Assembly: GCA_951828235.1 (NCBI GenBank)
Contig: OX639965.1
Coordinates: 2,458,129 to 2,522,128, forward strand
Origin: an uncultured Gammaproteobacteria bacterium
Lineage (GTDB): Bacteria > Pseudomonadota > Gammaproteobacteria > Steroidobacterales > Foliamicaceae
DNA: 64,000 nucleotides
Direction: 5' to 3'
Part shown: positions 9,437 through 18,782 of the stretch, one piece after another
Layout of the letters: every line of letters starts with the position of its first letter
How positions within the stretch are numbered: position 1 is the first letter of the stretch
Position numbers and translations under genes: made by a program
The notes under the pieces: generated by a model
Told to the model about the DNA's origin: nothing
Database searches by the model: none
What the model saw: only the letters and a program-made list of their open reading frames with translations

Positions 9437-10425
9437 GAACGCGCTTGCCGCCAGTGATGGCAGGAGACGCGATGTGACTCGGCGATGCACTCGTCGGGCG
9501 GCCGCTCACGCGCGCATTCGGGCGTGGCGATGGGACAGCGGGTGCGGAAGACGCAGCCCGAGGGCGGATCAAGCGCCGAAGGGATTTCGCCCGGCAGGGC
9601 ATCGGCCATGCCCAGCGGGCTCTGGTTGGGATCGGCTTCGGGGATCGCGTCGATCAGTGCCCGGCTGTAGGGATGGCGGGGATTGTCGAACAATTCGTCG
9701 CGCCGGCCGATTTCCATCAGCCGGCCGAGATACAGCACCATCACGCGGTGCGACATGTAGCGCAGCACCGACAGGTCGTGGCTGATGAAGAGGATCGAGA
9801 TGCCGGTTTCGCGCTGCAGCCGGCGCAGCAGGTTGCAGATCTGCGCCTGGATGGACACATCGAGCGCACTGACGGGTTCGTCGCAAACGAGCAGCCTGGG
9901 CTGCGTAATCATGGCGCGCGCGATGCTGATGCGCTGGCATTGGCCGGCGCTGAACTCGTTCGGATAGCCGCGGGTCATTTCAGTCCGCAGGCCCACGCGC
10001 TCGAACATGGCCGCTACCGCGGCCTGGCGTTCTTTGGCGGAGATGTCCGGCGCATGCACGCGCAACGGCTCCGAGACAATTTCGCCGACCGGCATGCGCG
10101 GATTGAGGGCGGACAGCGGGTCCTGAAACACGATCTGCAGTTCGCTGCGCAGCCGGGTCAGCGTCTCTGCGTCCGTGCGGGCCAAGTCCACGCCGCGCCA
10201 GATGACGCGGCCGGCTGAAGCCTTGACGAGTTGCAGGATCGCCTTGCCCAGCGACGTCTTTCCGCAGCCGGTCTCGCCGACGATCCCCAGCGTTTCGCCT
10301 TCGGCAAGCTCGAAGCTTATGCCGTCGACCGCGCGCAGCGTGCGGGCCCGCGAAGAGAACAGGCCGGCGCGGCGCTGCTCATAGTCGACGCACAGCGACT
10401 CGACGGTCAGCAGCGGCCCGGTCAT
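9430..10425 (-). CDS. peptide ABC transporter ATP-binding protein (OppF/DppF-like)
   Basis: Walker A GETGCGKTS, ABC signature FSAGQCQRISIA, Walker B LLVCDEPVSALD, Cys-rich oligopeptide-type C-terminus. Confidence 0.9.
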   Translation of the reverse strand: MTGPLLTVESLCVDYEQRRAGLFSSRARTLRAVDGISFELAEGETLGIVGETGCGKTSLGKAILQLVKASAGRVIWRGVDLARTDAETLTRLRSELQIVFQDPLSALNPRMPVGEIVSEPLRVHAPDISAKERQAAVAAMFERVGLRTEMTRGYPNEFSAGQCQRISIARAMITQPRLLVCDEPVSALDVSIQAQICNLLRRLQRETGISILFISHDLSVLRYMSHRVMVLYLGRLMEIGRRDELFDNPRHPYSRALIDAIPEADPNQSPLGMADALPGEIPSALDPPSGCVFRTRCPIATPECARERPPDECIAESHRVSCHHWRQARSQ

Positions 10426-11387
10426 TTCGTGTTGAGGTGGCAGGCAGCCGCATGCCGCCCTTCATGTGCGGCAAGGACCGGACGCTCGATACGGCAGCGA
10501 TCCATTACCTGCAGGCAGCGTTCGGCGAACGCGCAGCCGGGTGTTGTCACGAACGCATCGGGCGGCTGTCCGGAAATCGCCGGCAGATCGGTCGCGGGAT
10601 CGCTGGCGAGGCTGGGCAGCGAAGCGAGGAGGCCCGCCGTGTATGGGTGCTTCGGGCTCGTGAACACTTCGCTCGTGGTTCCGGATTCCATCAGCCGGCC
10701 GTTGTAGAGGATCATGATGCGGTCGCAAAGCCCCGCGGCCACGGCGAGGTCATGCGTGATCAGCACGATCGACGTGTTCAGTTCGCGCCGCATTTCGGCC
10801 AGCAGTCCGAGTATCTGCGCCTGTATCGTCACGTCGAGCGCGGTGGTCGGTTCGTCGGCGATCAGCAGATCGGGGCGGCAGATCATTCCCAGCGCGATCA
10901 TCACGCGCTGACGCATGCCGCCCGACAATTCGAAAGGGTAGGCGTCCAGGCAGTGCTCCGCGTCGGGCATTCGGACGGTTTCGAGCATCTCCCGGGCCTT
11001 TGCGCGTGCCTGGCGCGCGTTCATGCCGAGATGCCGCCGGGCGGCCTCTTCGATCTGCCGGCCCACGCGCAGGGTAGGCGTGAGCCCGGACAGCGGGTCC
11101 TGGAACACCATCGCGATGCGCCTGCCGCGCAGCGTATCGAGTTCCCGGCGCGGCACGTTGAGGATTTCGCGCCCGCGGTAGCGCACGGAACCTTCGGCCT
11201 TCGCGTTTTCGGCGAGCAGCCCCAGGGCAGCGAGGAATGTCTGACTCTTGCCGGCGCCCGATTCGCCCACTATTCCCACGCATTGGCCTTCGGCGATATC
11301 GAAGGAGAGATCGCGCACGGCGGTCAGCGTGGCGTCTCCGACATCGAAGCGGACACTAAGGCCGCGAATCTCCAGCAGCGGACTCAT
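10422..11387 (-). CDS. peptide ABC transporter ATP-binding protein (OppD/DppD-like)
   Basis: True start MSPLLEIRGLSV at 11387 (ATGA overlap with the permease gene). Motifs GESGAGKSQ, LSGGMRQRVMIA and LLIADEPTTALD. Confidence 0.9.
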   Translation of the reverse strand: MSPLLEIRGLSVRFDVGDATLTAVRDLSFDIAEGQCVGIVGESGAGKSQTFLAALGLLAENAKAEGSVRYRGREILNVPRRELDTLRGRRIAMVFQDPLSGLTPTLRVGRQIEEAARRHLGMNARQARAKAREMLETVRMPDAEHCLDAYPFELSGGMRQRVMIALGMICRPDLLIADEPTTALDVTIQAQILGLLAEMRRELNTSIVLITHDLAVAAGLCDRIMILYNGRLMESGTTSEVFTSPKHPYTAGLLASLPSLASDPATDLPAISGQPPDAFVTTPGCAFAERCLQVMDRCRIERPVLAAHEGRHAAACHLNTK

Positions 11388-12292
11388 TGCCGGGCGCTGG
11401 GGTCGAGCGCGTCGCGCAGCCCGTCGCCGATGAAATTGAAGCAGAACATCGTGATCGCCAGCAGCGTGGCCGGGAACAGGATCAGCCAGGGGGCCGTGTC
11501 GAGCTGGCCGACCGCCTGCGAGATCAAAAGGCCCCAGCTTGTGAGCGGTTCCTGGACGCCCAGCCCGATGAAGCTCAGGTAGCTCTCGATGAGGATGTTG
11601 GTGGGAATCAGCAGCGTCACGTAGACGACCACCGGACCGACCACGTTCGGAATGATGTAGCGGCGCAGAATCGCCGGTTTCGACAAGCCGATCGCAACGG
11701 CCGATTCGACGTACTCCTTTGCCTTGACGCTCAATGTCTGTCCGCGAACGATGCGCGAGAGCGTCAGCCATTCGACCGTGCCGATGGCGACGAAAATCAG
11801 GAAGATGTTGCGGCCGAACACGGTCACCAGGATGATGATGAAGAACAACAGCGGCAGCGAGTACAGGATGTCGACAAAGCGCATCATGAAGCCGTCCGTG
11901 CGCCCGCCCGTGAACCCGGCGATGGCGCCGTAGCCGACCCCGATGCCGAGCGCGACCAGCGTCGTCATCAGGCCGATCGTCAGCGAAATGCGCCCGCCGT
12001 AGAACACGCGAACGAACTGGTCGCGGCCGTTGGCGTCGGTGCCGAACCAGTGCCAGTTTTCGAAGCTCGGCGGCAGCAGGATGTTCTCCCAGGATGCGTC
12101 TTCGACCGCGTGCGGCCAGAGTGCCGGGACCAGCACGGAAGCGAGCGCAATGGTGAGCAGCACGCCGATGCTGCCCATCGCGGCGCGATTGCGCCGGAAA
12201 CGCCGCCCGGCCTGGCGCCAGAGCGAGCCGGACAGCTCGCCGCCCGCCGCACGGCGCAGCGTCGGCGATTGCAGCAGCCCGCCGGCGCTCAC
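11384..12292 (-). CDS. peptide ABC transporter permease (OppC/DppC-like)
   Basis: 302-aa polytopic protein. Start and stop overlap the neighbouring genes in the operon. Confidence 0.85.
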   Translation of the reverse strand: MSAGGLLQSPTLRRAAGGELSGSLWRQAGRRFRRNRAAMGSIGVLLTIALASVLVPALWPHAVEDASWENILLPPSFENWHWFGTDANGRDQFVRVFYGGRISLTIGLMTTLVALGIGVGYGAIAGFTGGRTDGFMMRFVDILYSLPLLFFIIILVTVFGRNIFLIFVAIGTVEWLTLSRIVRGQTLSVKAKEYVESAVAIGLSKPAILRRYIIPNVVGPVVVYVTLLIPTNILIESYLSFIGLGVQEPLTSWGLLISQAVGQLDTAPWLILFPATLLAITMFCFNFIGDGLRDALDPSARQ

Positions 12293-13230
12293 CGGTAGGT
12301 CCTCCGCACCCGCGGGTCCAGCGCGGCGTAGGCGAGGTCCGACAGCAGGTTCAGCAGGATGATCAGCGTGCCGTAGACGATCACGATTCCCATGACCAGC
12401 GGGTAATCGCGGTTAAGCGCGCCCTGGATGAAGTAACGCCCGACACCCGGCAGGTCGAAGATCAGCTCGATGACCAGCGACCCGGTCATGATGCCGGCCA
12501 GCGCGGGGCCGAGGTAGCCGACCAGCGGCACCGCCGCCGACTGCAGCACGTGGTTGATCACCACCTGGCGTTCCGGCAGGCCCTTGGCGCGCGCGGTACG
12601 GACGAAGTTCGCGCGCAGGACCTCGAGCATGCCGCCACGCATCAGGCGGGCGATGATCGCGAGCTGCGGCAATGCAAGCGCGATGACCGGAAGCACCATG
12701 TTGGCGGCCGCGCCGTCGTTCCAGCCGGCCACCGGCAGGAGTTTCAGATACAGCCCGAAGAACAGCGCGAGGATCGGCGCCGTAACGAAAGAGGGGATGG
12801 CGATGCCGGTCATCGCCATGGTCATCGTGGCGTGATCGAAAAGCCGGTTGTGTCGCAGCGCAGCGACGATCCCGCAGGTTCCGCCGAGCAGCAGTGCGAC
12901 CAGCATCGCGATGACGCCGAGCCTGGCGCTGACCGGCAGCCCGATCGCGATGAGCTCGGTTACGTTGAAGTCCTCGTAGACCAGCGAAGGCCCGAAATCG
13001 CCCTTGAGCACATTGGCGAGATAGACCCCGTATTGCTCCAGCAGCGGCTTGTCGAGCCCGTAGGCGGTGTAAAGATTTTCGAGCACTTCGGGATCGAGGT
13101 CCGCTTCCGTGTCGAATGGCCCGCCGGGCGCCGCACGCATCAGGAAGAACGACGCGGTTGCAATCGCGAGCAGTGTCGGGATTGCGACGACGAGCCGCCT
13201 CAGGGTGAATGCGAGCATCCGCCGGAGCAT
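12289..13230 (-). CDS. peptide ABC transporter permease (OppB/DppB-like)
   Basis: 313-aa polytopic protein. Contains an RTARAKGL EAA-loop-like motif. Confidence 0.85.
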   Translation of the reverse strand: MLRRMLAFTLRRLVVAIPTLLAIATASFFLMRAAPGGPFDTEADLDPEVLENLYTAYGLDKPLLEQYGVYLANVLKGDFGPSLVYEDFNVTELIAIGLPVSARLGVIAMLVALLLGGTCGIVAALRHNRLFDHATMTMAMTGIAIPSFVTAPILALFFGLYLKLLPVAGWNDGAAANMVLPVIALALPQLAIIARLMRGGMLEVLRANFVRTARAKGLPERQVVINHVLQSAAVPLVGYLGPALAGIMTGSLVIELIFDLPGVGRYFIQGALNRDYPLVMGIVIVYGTLIILLNLLSDLAYAALDPRVRRTYR

Positions 13231-13253
13231 AGCAGGGCGGTGCCCCTCGGGGG

Positions 13254-14831
13254 TTATTTCACGCGGTGGAGGTAGCGGGTGGCGGTCATGCCGCGCGAGT
13301 TGGGCGTGTAGCCGCGGATGTCGGGCGCCACGAGGTTGCGGTGCACCATGAAATACAAGGGCATGACGGGGTAATCCGCCAGCGCGAGCGCTTCGGCTTC
13401 CCGATATGCCGCCAGACGGGCGTCCCGGTCAAGCTGCGCCTCGGCCAAAGCGATCAGCCGGTTGAACTCGGGATTGTTGTAACCCGAATAATTGGTCGTG
13501 CTGCCGGATTCGAGAATGAAAAGAAACGTCTCGGGACTGTCGGTGGGGGAGAACCAGGTGAACCGTGCGGCGGTGTAGTCGCCCGTTCGCACCGAGCGAT
13601 AGAGCGTGCCGAAGTCGGTGAACAACAGTTCCGCGTTGACGCCGATTTCACGCCAGATCGCCTGCAGCGCGATGGCAAGTCGGCGGTTTTCCTCCGGCGG
13701 TTCGTAGCGCAGTTCGAACGTCAGCGGCCGGTCCGGCCCGTAGCCGGCGGCTTCGAGCAGGGAACGCGCTTCGGCCAGCCGATCGGGCATCGGCTGACGG
13801 GCGTAATCCGGCACCGGGTGGTCGTAGTTGCTGACAACGGAAGGCGTCATGGTGTGGGCGGCCGGAACGCCGACCACCATGATCCGGTCCGCGATCTGCT
13901 GCCGGTCGACGCTGATCGTCAGTGCCCGGCGCACGCGAACATCGTCGAACGGCGGCTTGCGGTTATTGAAGGTGATATAGCTGATGCCGAGCGCGGGCCA
14001 GATCTTGAGCTGGCCCGGCAGGTTTTCCTCGATCCAATCCATCCGGTCGGCCGGGAACGTGAGCAGAAAGTCGAGATCGCCCGCCAGGAACCGGCGCATG
14101 GCCGTCTCCGCGTTGTTGGTCGGGAAGTACTGCACGGTCTCGATCTCGATTTCGTCGGCGGCGTAGAAGTGGGGGTTCTTCTCGAGCTTCAGATACGACT
14201 GCGGCACCCATTCGGCCAGGCGGTACGGTCCGGTGGTGACCAGCCGCCCGGGGCGCGACCAGCGGCGGCCGTGCTCTTCGATGACTGCCTGCGGCATCGC
14301 CGCCGCCGCATAGTTGCTGAGCTTCTCCAGCAGGGTCGCATCGGGCCGCTCCAGCTCGATGACGACCGTTCGCCCGTTCTCGGCGCGTACGCCGAGGTCG
14401 GCCGGATCGAGTTCGCCGCTCATGATGCTTCTGGCGTTCCGGATCGAGTAGAAGAAGGACCCGAACCGCGTGCGGTTGCCGGGCGTCAGGAGCCGCCGCA
14501 GGGTATAGACGAAGTCCTTCGCGGCAATCGGTGAACCGTCGGACCACTTGAGGTTCTCGCGCAGGCGGAAGCGGTAGGTCAGACCGTCCGCGCTGATCTC
14601 CCACGATTCGGCGGCGCCGGGGACCAGCCGTCCGGCCGAATCGTAGGAAGTCAGCCCGGTGAAGAGATCGCGCATGATCGTCGACGAGGCGCCGGATACG
14701 ATTTGCGGATCGAGGCTGTTGGGTTCCGCCACGGCGCCGCGGCGTAGCGTGTCCGCCGCCGCAACGCCGGCCAGCAGCAGCGCCGCCGATGCGATCAGCG
14801 CGCTCCGGAAGGAGGGCATTGGCTGGTTCAT
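13254..14831 (-). CDS. ABC transporter substrate-binding protein, family 5 (peptide/nickel type)
   Basis: Start at MNQPMPSFRSALIASAALLLAGVAAA (ATG 14831), which looks like a signal peptide. The arginine-rich upstream ORF extension is not coding-like. Confidence 0.8.
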   Translation of the reverse strand: MNQPMPSFRSALIASAALLLAGVAAADTLRRGAVAEPNSLDPQIVSGASSTIMRDLFTGLTSYDSAGRLVPGAAESWEISADGLTYRFRLRENLKWSDGSPIAAKDFVYTLRRLLTPGNRTRFGSFFYSIRNARSIMSGELDPADLGVRAENGRTVVIELERPDATLLEKLSNYAAAAMPQAVIEEHGRRWSRPGRLVTTGPYRLAEWVPQSYLKLEKNPHFYAADEIEIETVQYFPTNNAETAMRRFLAGDLDFLLTFPADRMDWIEENLPGQLKIWPALGISYITFNNRKPPFDDVRVRRALTISVDRQQIADRIMVVGVPAAHTMTPSVVSNYDHPVPDYARQPMPDRLAEARSLLEAAGYGPDRPLTFELRYEPPEENRRLAIALQAIWREIGVNAELLFTDFGTLYRSVRTGDYTAARFTWFSPTDSPETFLFILESGSTTNYSGYNNPEFNRLIALAEAQLDRDARLAAYREAEALALADYPVMPLYFMVHRNLVAPDIRGYTPNSRGMTATRYLHRVK

Positions 14832-16288
14832 GCGGCGGCAGTGGGCCCGTCGCCTACCAGCAACTCCGCGACGTCGTTCTCCACGGCGGTGCCAACGAAG
14901 AACTCCGGGTCCATGTCCGCGAACAGGCGCGCGGGATTGCGGAATACGAAATCGGCGAAGTCCTCGCTGCTCAGCAGGCCGTCGTCGACGAGTTCGTGCG
15001 CTTCGGTCAGCACACCGGCCATGTCGGTCACGTCCCAGTGGCCGAAGTCCGACGAGAACATCGCATTGAGCTTGCGCCCGCCCGGCAGGACCCGCGTATC
15101 GAAGGCGGTGGCGTTCATGCGGTCGTCCGCTTCGCATCCGTAGTAGAAGTTCGGTACCAGGCGGTCGAGCAGGTCGTCGATGCTGTTGACCTTGGCCGCC
15201 GCGAAATCGTCGACGCCGTCGCGCTCGACCACGTTTCTCAGGATGGCGCCCTCGGGCAGGCGCCCGGACAGGACCTCGCCCCCGTACTCCTCGAACAGCG
15301 ATCCCATGAGTTCGCGGTCGATCTTCGCCGGGTTGAACTGATCGATGGCCTCGGCGCTGCGTTTTTCCCAGCGCTCCTTGAGGTCGCAGACCAGACTAGC
15401 GCCCCAGGCGACGCCGCACTCCAGGAAGGCGAAGTTCAATTCCGGGAAACGGTGGGTCACGCCGCCGAAGAACAGCGCCTTCGCGAACGCATGCCCGGCG
15501 TCGGCGAAATGCCCGGTCTGGTTGAACATGTAGTTGCTGATGGAGCGGCGCATGTGCATGCCCTGGCCTACCGCGTGGGCGGTGACGGGGACCTTCAGTT
15601 CCATGCAGCGCCGCCACAACGGGTCGTAGTCGTAGATGCTGTCGATGGCCAGCGTGTCCACCCAGAACGCGTAGGCCCTGAGATCCGGGTCCACATCTTC
15701 GACCGCGCCGATCGGCCGCTTCACGAGGTTGATGAACATCGGCACCTTGAAGTTCAGCTCGCCCATCGCGTAATCAAGCTCTTCGATGGCTTCCTCCGGC
15801 GTGTGGCAGGGGATCACCGCGGCGGGCGTGATGCGGTCCCCGAGGCCGCGATACATGTCCGCCATCATCAGGTTGTGGGCCCGGCAGGCTGCGCGGCGAA
15901 CTTCGTCGTCGGCGATTTCGGGCAGCAGAAAGCCGATCGTGGGGTAGACGACCGCGTAATCGATACCCATTTCCGGCAGTCGTTCGTGCATCAGCTTTGG
16001 CAGCATGGCGGTCGCCAGGTCGGTCGTATTCTCGGCAGGCGCGGCCCAGAATGCGGGTCGAATGAGGTTATGGTGCCGGCGCTGCTCGGGGTCCATTTCG
16101 TACCAGCTCCGGTTGTTCTGGCGACGCAGGCTGGTGAACATCTTCTCGGACATTTCCGGTCCGCCCACCTGCTTGATGTAGTCGAAAATCACCGGGAACA
16201 GCTCAACCATGTGCCCATCCGTGTCGATGACGGGGTGGTTCAGCCGCGCGCGAAGCTCGCTGGACGGTGAGGATTTCGCTTTGCTCAT
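14828..16288 (-). CDS. amidohydrolase-superfamily metal-dependent hydrolase, paralog 1
   Basis: 486 aa with N-terminal HPVIDTDGHM. Roughly four-fifths identical to the next gene by eye. The stop overlaps the SBP gene start. Confidence 0.55.
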   Translation of the reverse strand: MSKAKSSPSSELRARLNHPVIDTDGHMVELFPVIFDYIKQVGGPEMSEKMFTSLRRQNNRSWYEMDPEQRRHHNLIRPAFWAAPAENTTDLATAMLPKLMHERLPEMGIDYAVVYPTIGFLLPEIADDEVRRAACRAHNLMMADMYRGLGDRITPAAVIPCHTPEEAIEELDYAMGELNFKVPMFINLVKRPIGAVEDVDPDLRAYAFWVDTLAIDSIYDYDPLWRRCMELKVPVTAHAVGQGMHMRRSISNYMFNQTGHFADAGHAFAKALFFGGVTHRFPELNFAFLECGVAWGASLVCDLKERWEKRSAEAIDQFNPAKIDRELMGSLFEEYGGEVLSGRLPEGAILRNVVERDGVDDFAAAKVNSIDDLLDRLVPNFYYGCEADDRMNATAFDTRVLPGGRKLNAMFSSDFGHWDVTDMAGVLTEAHELVDDGLLSSEDFADFVFRNPARLFADMDPEFFVGTAVENDVAELLVGDGPTAAA

Positions 16289-16311
16289 GGCCTTGTACTC
16301 CGCCGGCGGGC

Positions 16312-17772
16312 TCAGGCGGCGGCGGCTTGCCTGCCGTTCGCGAGCAGCCCCGCGACGTCCTCCTCCACGGCCGTGCCAACGAAGAAATCCGGGTTCATGC
16401 CGGCGAACAGGCGTGCGGGATTGCGGAACACGAAGTCGGCAAAATCGTCGCTGTCGATCAGGCCGTCGTCGACCAGTTCGTGCGCTTCGCTCAGGATGCC
16501 GGTCATGTCGGTGACGTCCCAGTGACCGAAGTCCGACGAGAACATCGCGTTGAGCTTTCGCCCGCGCGGCAGAAGCCCCGTGTGAAACGCGATCGCGTTC
16601 ATCCGGTCGTCGGCTTCGCAGCCATAGTAGAAATTCGGCACCAGCCGATCAAGCAGGTCATCGACGCTATTGACGTGGGCGGCCGCGAAGTCATCTTCGC
16701 CGTCATGCTCGGAGACCTTTCTCAGGAAAGCGCCCTGTTGCACACGTCCCGACAGGATCTCGCCGCCGTACTGCTCGAACAGCGATTTGAGTAGTTCGCG
16801 GTCGATCTTCTCCGGATTCAAATACTGGATTCCGCTGGCGCCGCGTTTTTCCCAGCGCTCCTTCAGGTCGCAGATGAGACTCGCGCCCCATGCTACGCCG
16901 CATTCGAGAAAGGCAAAATTCAGTTCCGGGAAACGGTGTGTCACGCCGCCGAAGAACAGCGACTTGGCAAAAGCGTGGCCCGCGTCGGCAAAGTGCCCGA
17001 TCTGGTTGTACATGTAATTGCTGATGGAACGGCGCATGTGCATGCCCTGTCCCACCGCATGGGCCGTTACCGGGACCTTCAGTTCCATGCAGCGCTGCCA
17101 CAGCGGGTCGTAATCGTAGATGCTGTCGTAGGCCAGCGTATCAATCCAGAACGCGTAGCGGGACATTTCCGGAGCCTGCTCCTCGACCGCCTCGATCGGG
17201 CGGCGCACGAGGTTGATGAACATCGGCACCTTGAAGTTCAGTTCGCCCATTGCGTAGTCCAGCTCCTCGATGGCTTCCTGGGGCGTCTGGCAGGGGATCA
17301 CCGCGGCCGGCGTGAGGCGGTCCTCGAAGCCGCGATACATGTCCGCCATCATCAGGTTGTGGGCCCGGCAGGCAGCCCGGCGGGCGTCTCCGTCCTTGAT
17401 ATCCGGCAGCGCGAAACCGATCGTGGGGTAGACGACCGCGTAGTCGATGCCCATCTCGGGAAGCCGCTCGTGCATCAGCTTCGGCAGCATCGCGGTCGCC
17501 AGGTCAAGCGTATTTTCGGCGGGCGCGGCCCAGTGCGCGGGCCGTATGAGGTTGTGGCGCCGGTGTTCCGCCCGGTCCATGTGGTACCAGTTGAGTCCGT
17601 CGCGGAAGCGCAGGTTCGTGAAGGCCTCTTCGGTCATTTCCGGCCCGCCCACCTGCTTGAAGTAATCGTAGATCAGGGGCGAAAGCTCAAGCATGTGCCC
17701 GTCCGTATCGATTACGGGGTGATCTAGCCGTGCGCGAAGCTCCCTGGATTTTGAAGGTCTCGCATTTCTCAT
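16312..17772 (-). CDS. amidohydrolase-superfamily metal-dependent hydrolase, paralog 2
   Basis: Start at MRNARPSKSRELRARLDHPVIDTDGHM (ATG 17772). 486 aa and collinear with paralog 1. Confidence 0.55.
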   Translation of the reverse strand: MRNARPSKSRELRARLDHPVIDTDGHMLELSPLIYDYFKQVGGPEMTEEAFTNLRFRDGLNWYHMDRAEHRRHNLIRPAHWAAPAENTLDLATAMLPKLMHERLPEMGIDYAVVYPTIGFALPDIKDGDARRAACRAHNLMMADMYRGFEDRLTPAAVIPCQTPQEAIEELDYAMGELNFKVPMFINLVRRPIEAVEEQAPEMSRYAFWIDTLAYDSIYDYDPLWQRCMELKVPVTAHAVGQGMHMRRSISNYMYNQIGHFADAGHAFAKSLFFGGVTHRFPELNFAFLECGVAWGASLICDLKERWEKRGASGIQYLNPEKIDRELLKSLFEQYGGEILSGRVQQGAFLRKVSEHDGEDDFAAAHVNSVDDLLDRLVPNFYYGCEADDRMNAIAFHTGLLPRGRKLNAMFSSDFGHWDVTDMTGILSEAHELVDDGLIDSDDFADFVFRNPARLFAGMNPDFFVGTAVEEDVAGLLANGRQAAAA

Positions 17773-17905
17773 GGTTTTCTCCCCCCTTTGCGCTGCGCGG
17801 CGACTTCGAATTGTAAGCTGCACTTGCGGGACAAGGTACCGGGTTGCGCTCCGGTGCATCGGGGTGGAAAAATGGCGTCCAAGGGGACGGCAGGAGGACA
17901 GGAGC

Positions 17906-18742
17906 ATGAGGAAGGGGCGGACTATGCCTGGCGTGGTGGTGGCGATGCTGCTGTTTGCGCCGGCGGTAGCGGCCGTGGCGCAATCGCTTGCAGGGGATGC
18001 TCCGCAGCCGGGCGAATCGTTTGCGGATCCGCTGTCCTCCGCCGGGCAGGGACCGGAAATGGTCGTGGTTCCCGCGGGCAGCTTCTCGATGGGGTGCGTC
18101 TCCGGACTGGACTGTTACGACGACGAGAAGCCGGTTCGCGAGGTGACCATTTCGCAGCCGTTCGCGGTGTCGAAGTACGAAATCACCTTTGAGGACTACG
18201 ATCGGTTCAGCGCCCCCGACGCCGTGGACGACGAGGGGTGGGGCCGCGGCCGGCTTCCCGTCATGAAGGTCAGCTGGAACGACGCCAGCGACTATGTGGC
18301 GTGGCTTTCAGTGCAGACCGGCGAGTCGTACCGGCTCCTGTCGGAAGCCGAATGGGAGTATGTGGCGCGGGCCGGATCGGCGACAAAGTACAGCTGGGGA
18401 AATTCCATCGGCAGCAATCGCGCCAATTGCTACGGTTGCGGCAGTCAATGGGACTATGAACAGACGGCCCCGGCCGGGTCCTTCGAGCCCAACGCGTTCG
18501 GCCTGTACGACGTGCACGGCAACGTGTACGAATGGGTGGAGGATTGCTGGAACGGCAGCTACGAAGGGGCTCCGGCGGATGGCAGCGCGTGGCTTGACGG
18601 CGACTGCGATCGCCGTGTGGTGCGCGGCGGCTCCTGGGACGACTTTCCGGACGATCTGCGCATTGCGCTGCGCGTCGGCACTCCCGCGGGCGGAAGCGAC
18701 GGCTACTACGGGTTTCGCGTTGCCCGAACACTCGATCCCTGA
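17906..18742 (+). CDS. secreted FGE-sulfatase (SUMF1/EgtB/PvdO) domain protein
   Basis: AGGAGGA RBS, then signal peptide MRKGRTMPGVVVAMLLFAPAVAAVAQS. Motifs MVVVPAGSFSMG, NAFGLYDVHGNVYEWVEDCW and RGGSW...YGFRVA. Confidence 0.75.
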   Translation: MRKGRTMPGVVVAMLLFAPAVAAVAQSLAGDAPQPGESFADPLSSAGQGPEMVVVPAGSFSMGCVSGLDCYDDEKPVREVTISQPFAVSKYEITFEDYDRFSAPDAVDDEGWGRGRLPVMKVSWNDASDYVAWLSVQTGESYRLLSEAEWEYVARAGSATKYSWGNSIGSNRANCYGCGSQWDYEQTAPAGSFEPNAFGLYDVHGNVYEWVEDCWNGSYEGAPADGSAWLDGDCDRRVVRGGSWDDFPDDLRIALRVGTPAGGSDGYYGFRVARTLDP

Positions 18743-18782
18743 TTCCTCAGGCACGGTTACCGGGCTCTGATAGGCTTCGCCC

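Noticed and set aside
17906-18742. FGE-sulfatase/C-type-lectin-fold protein as a diversity-generating retroelement (DGR) target.
   Set aside because: There is no reverse transcriptase gene in the window. No template repeat matches the 3' end of the gene, and dnaX starts 40 nt downstream.
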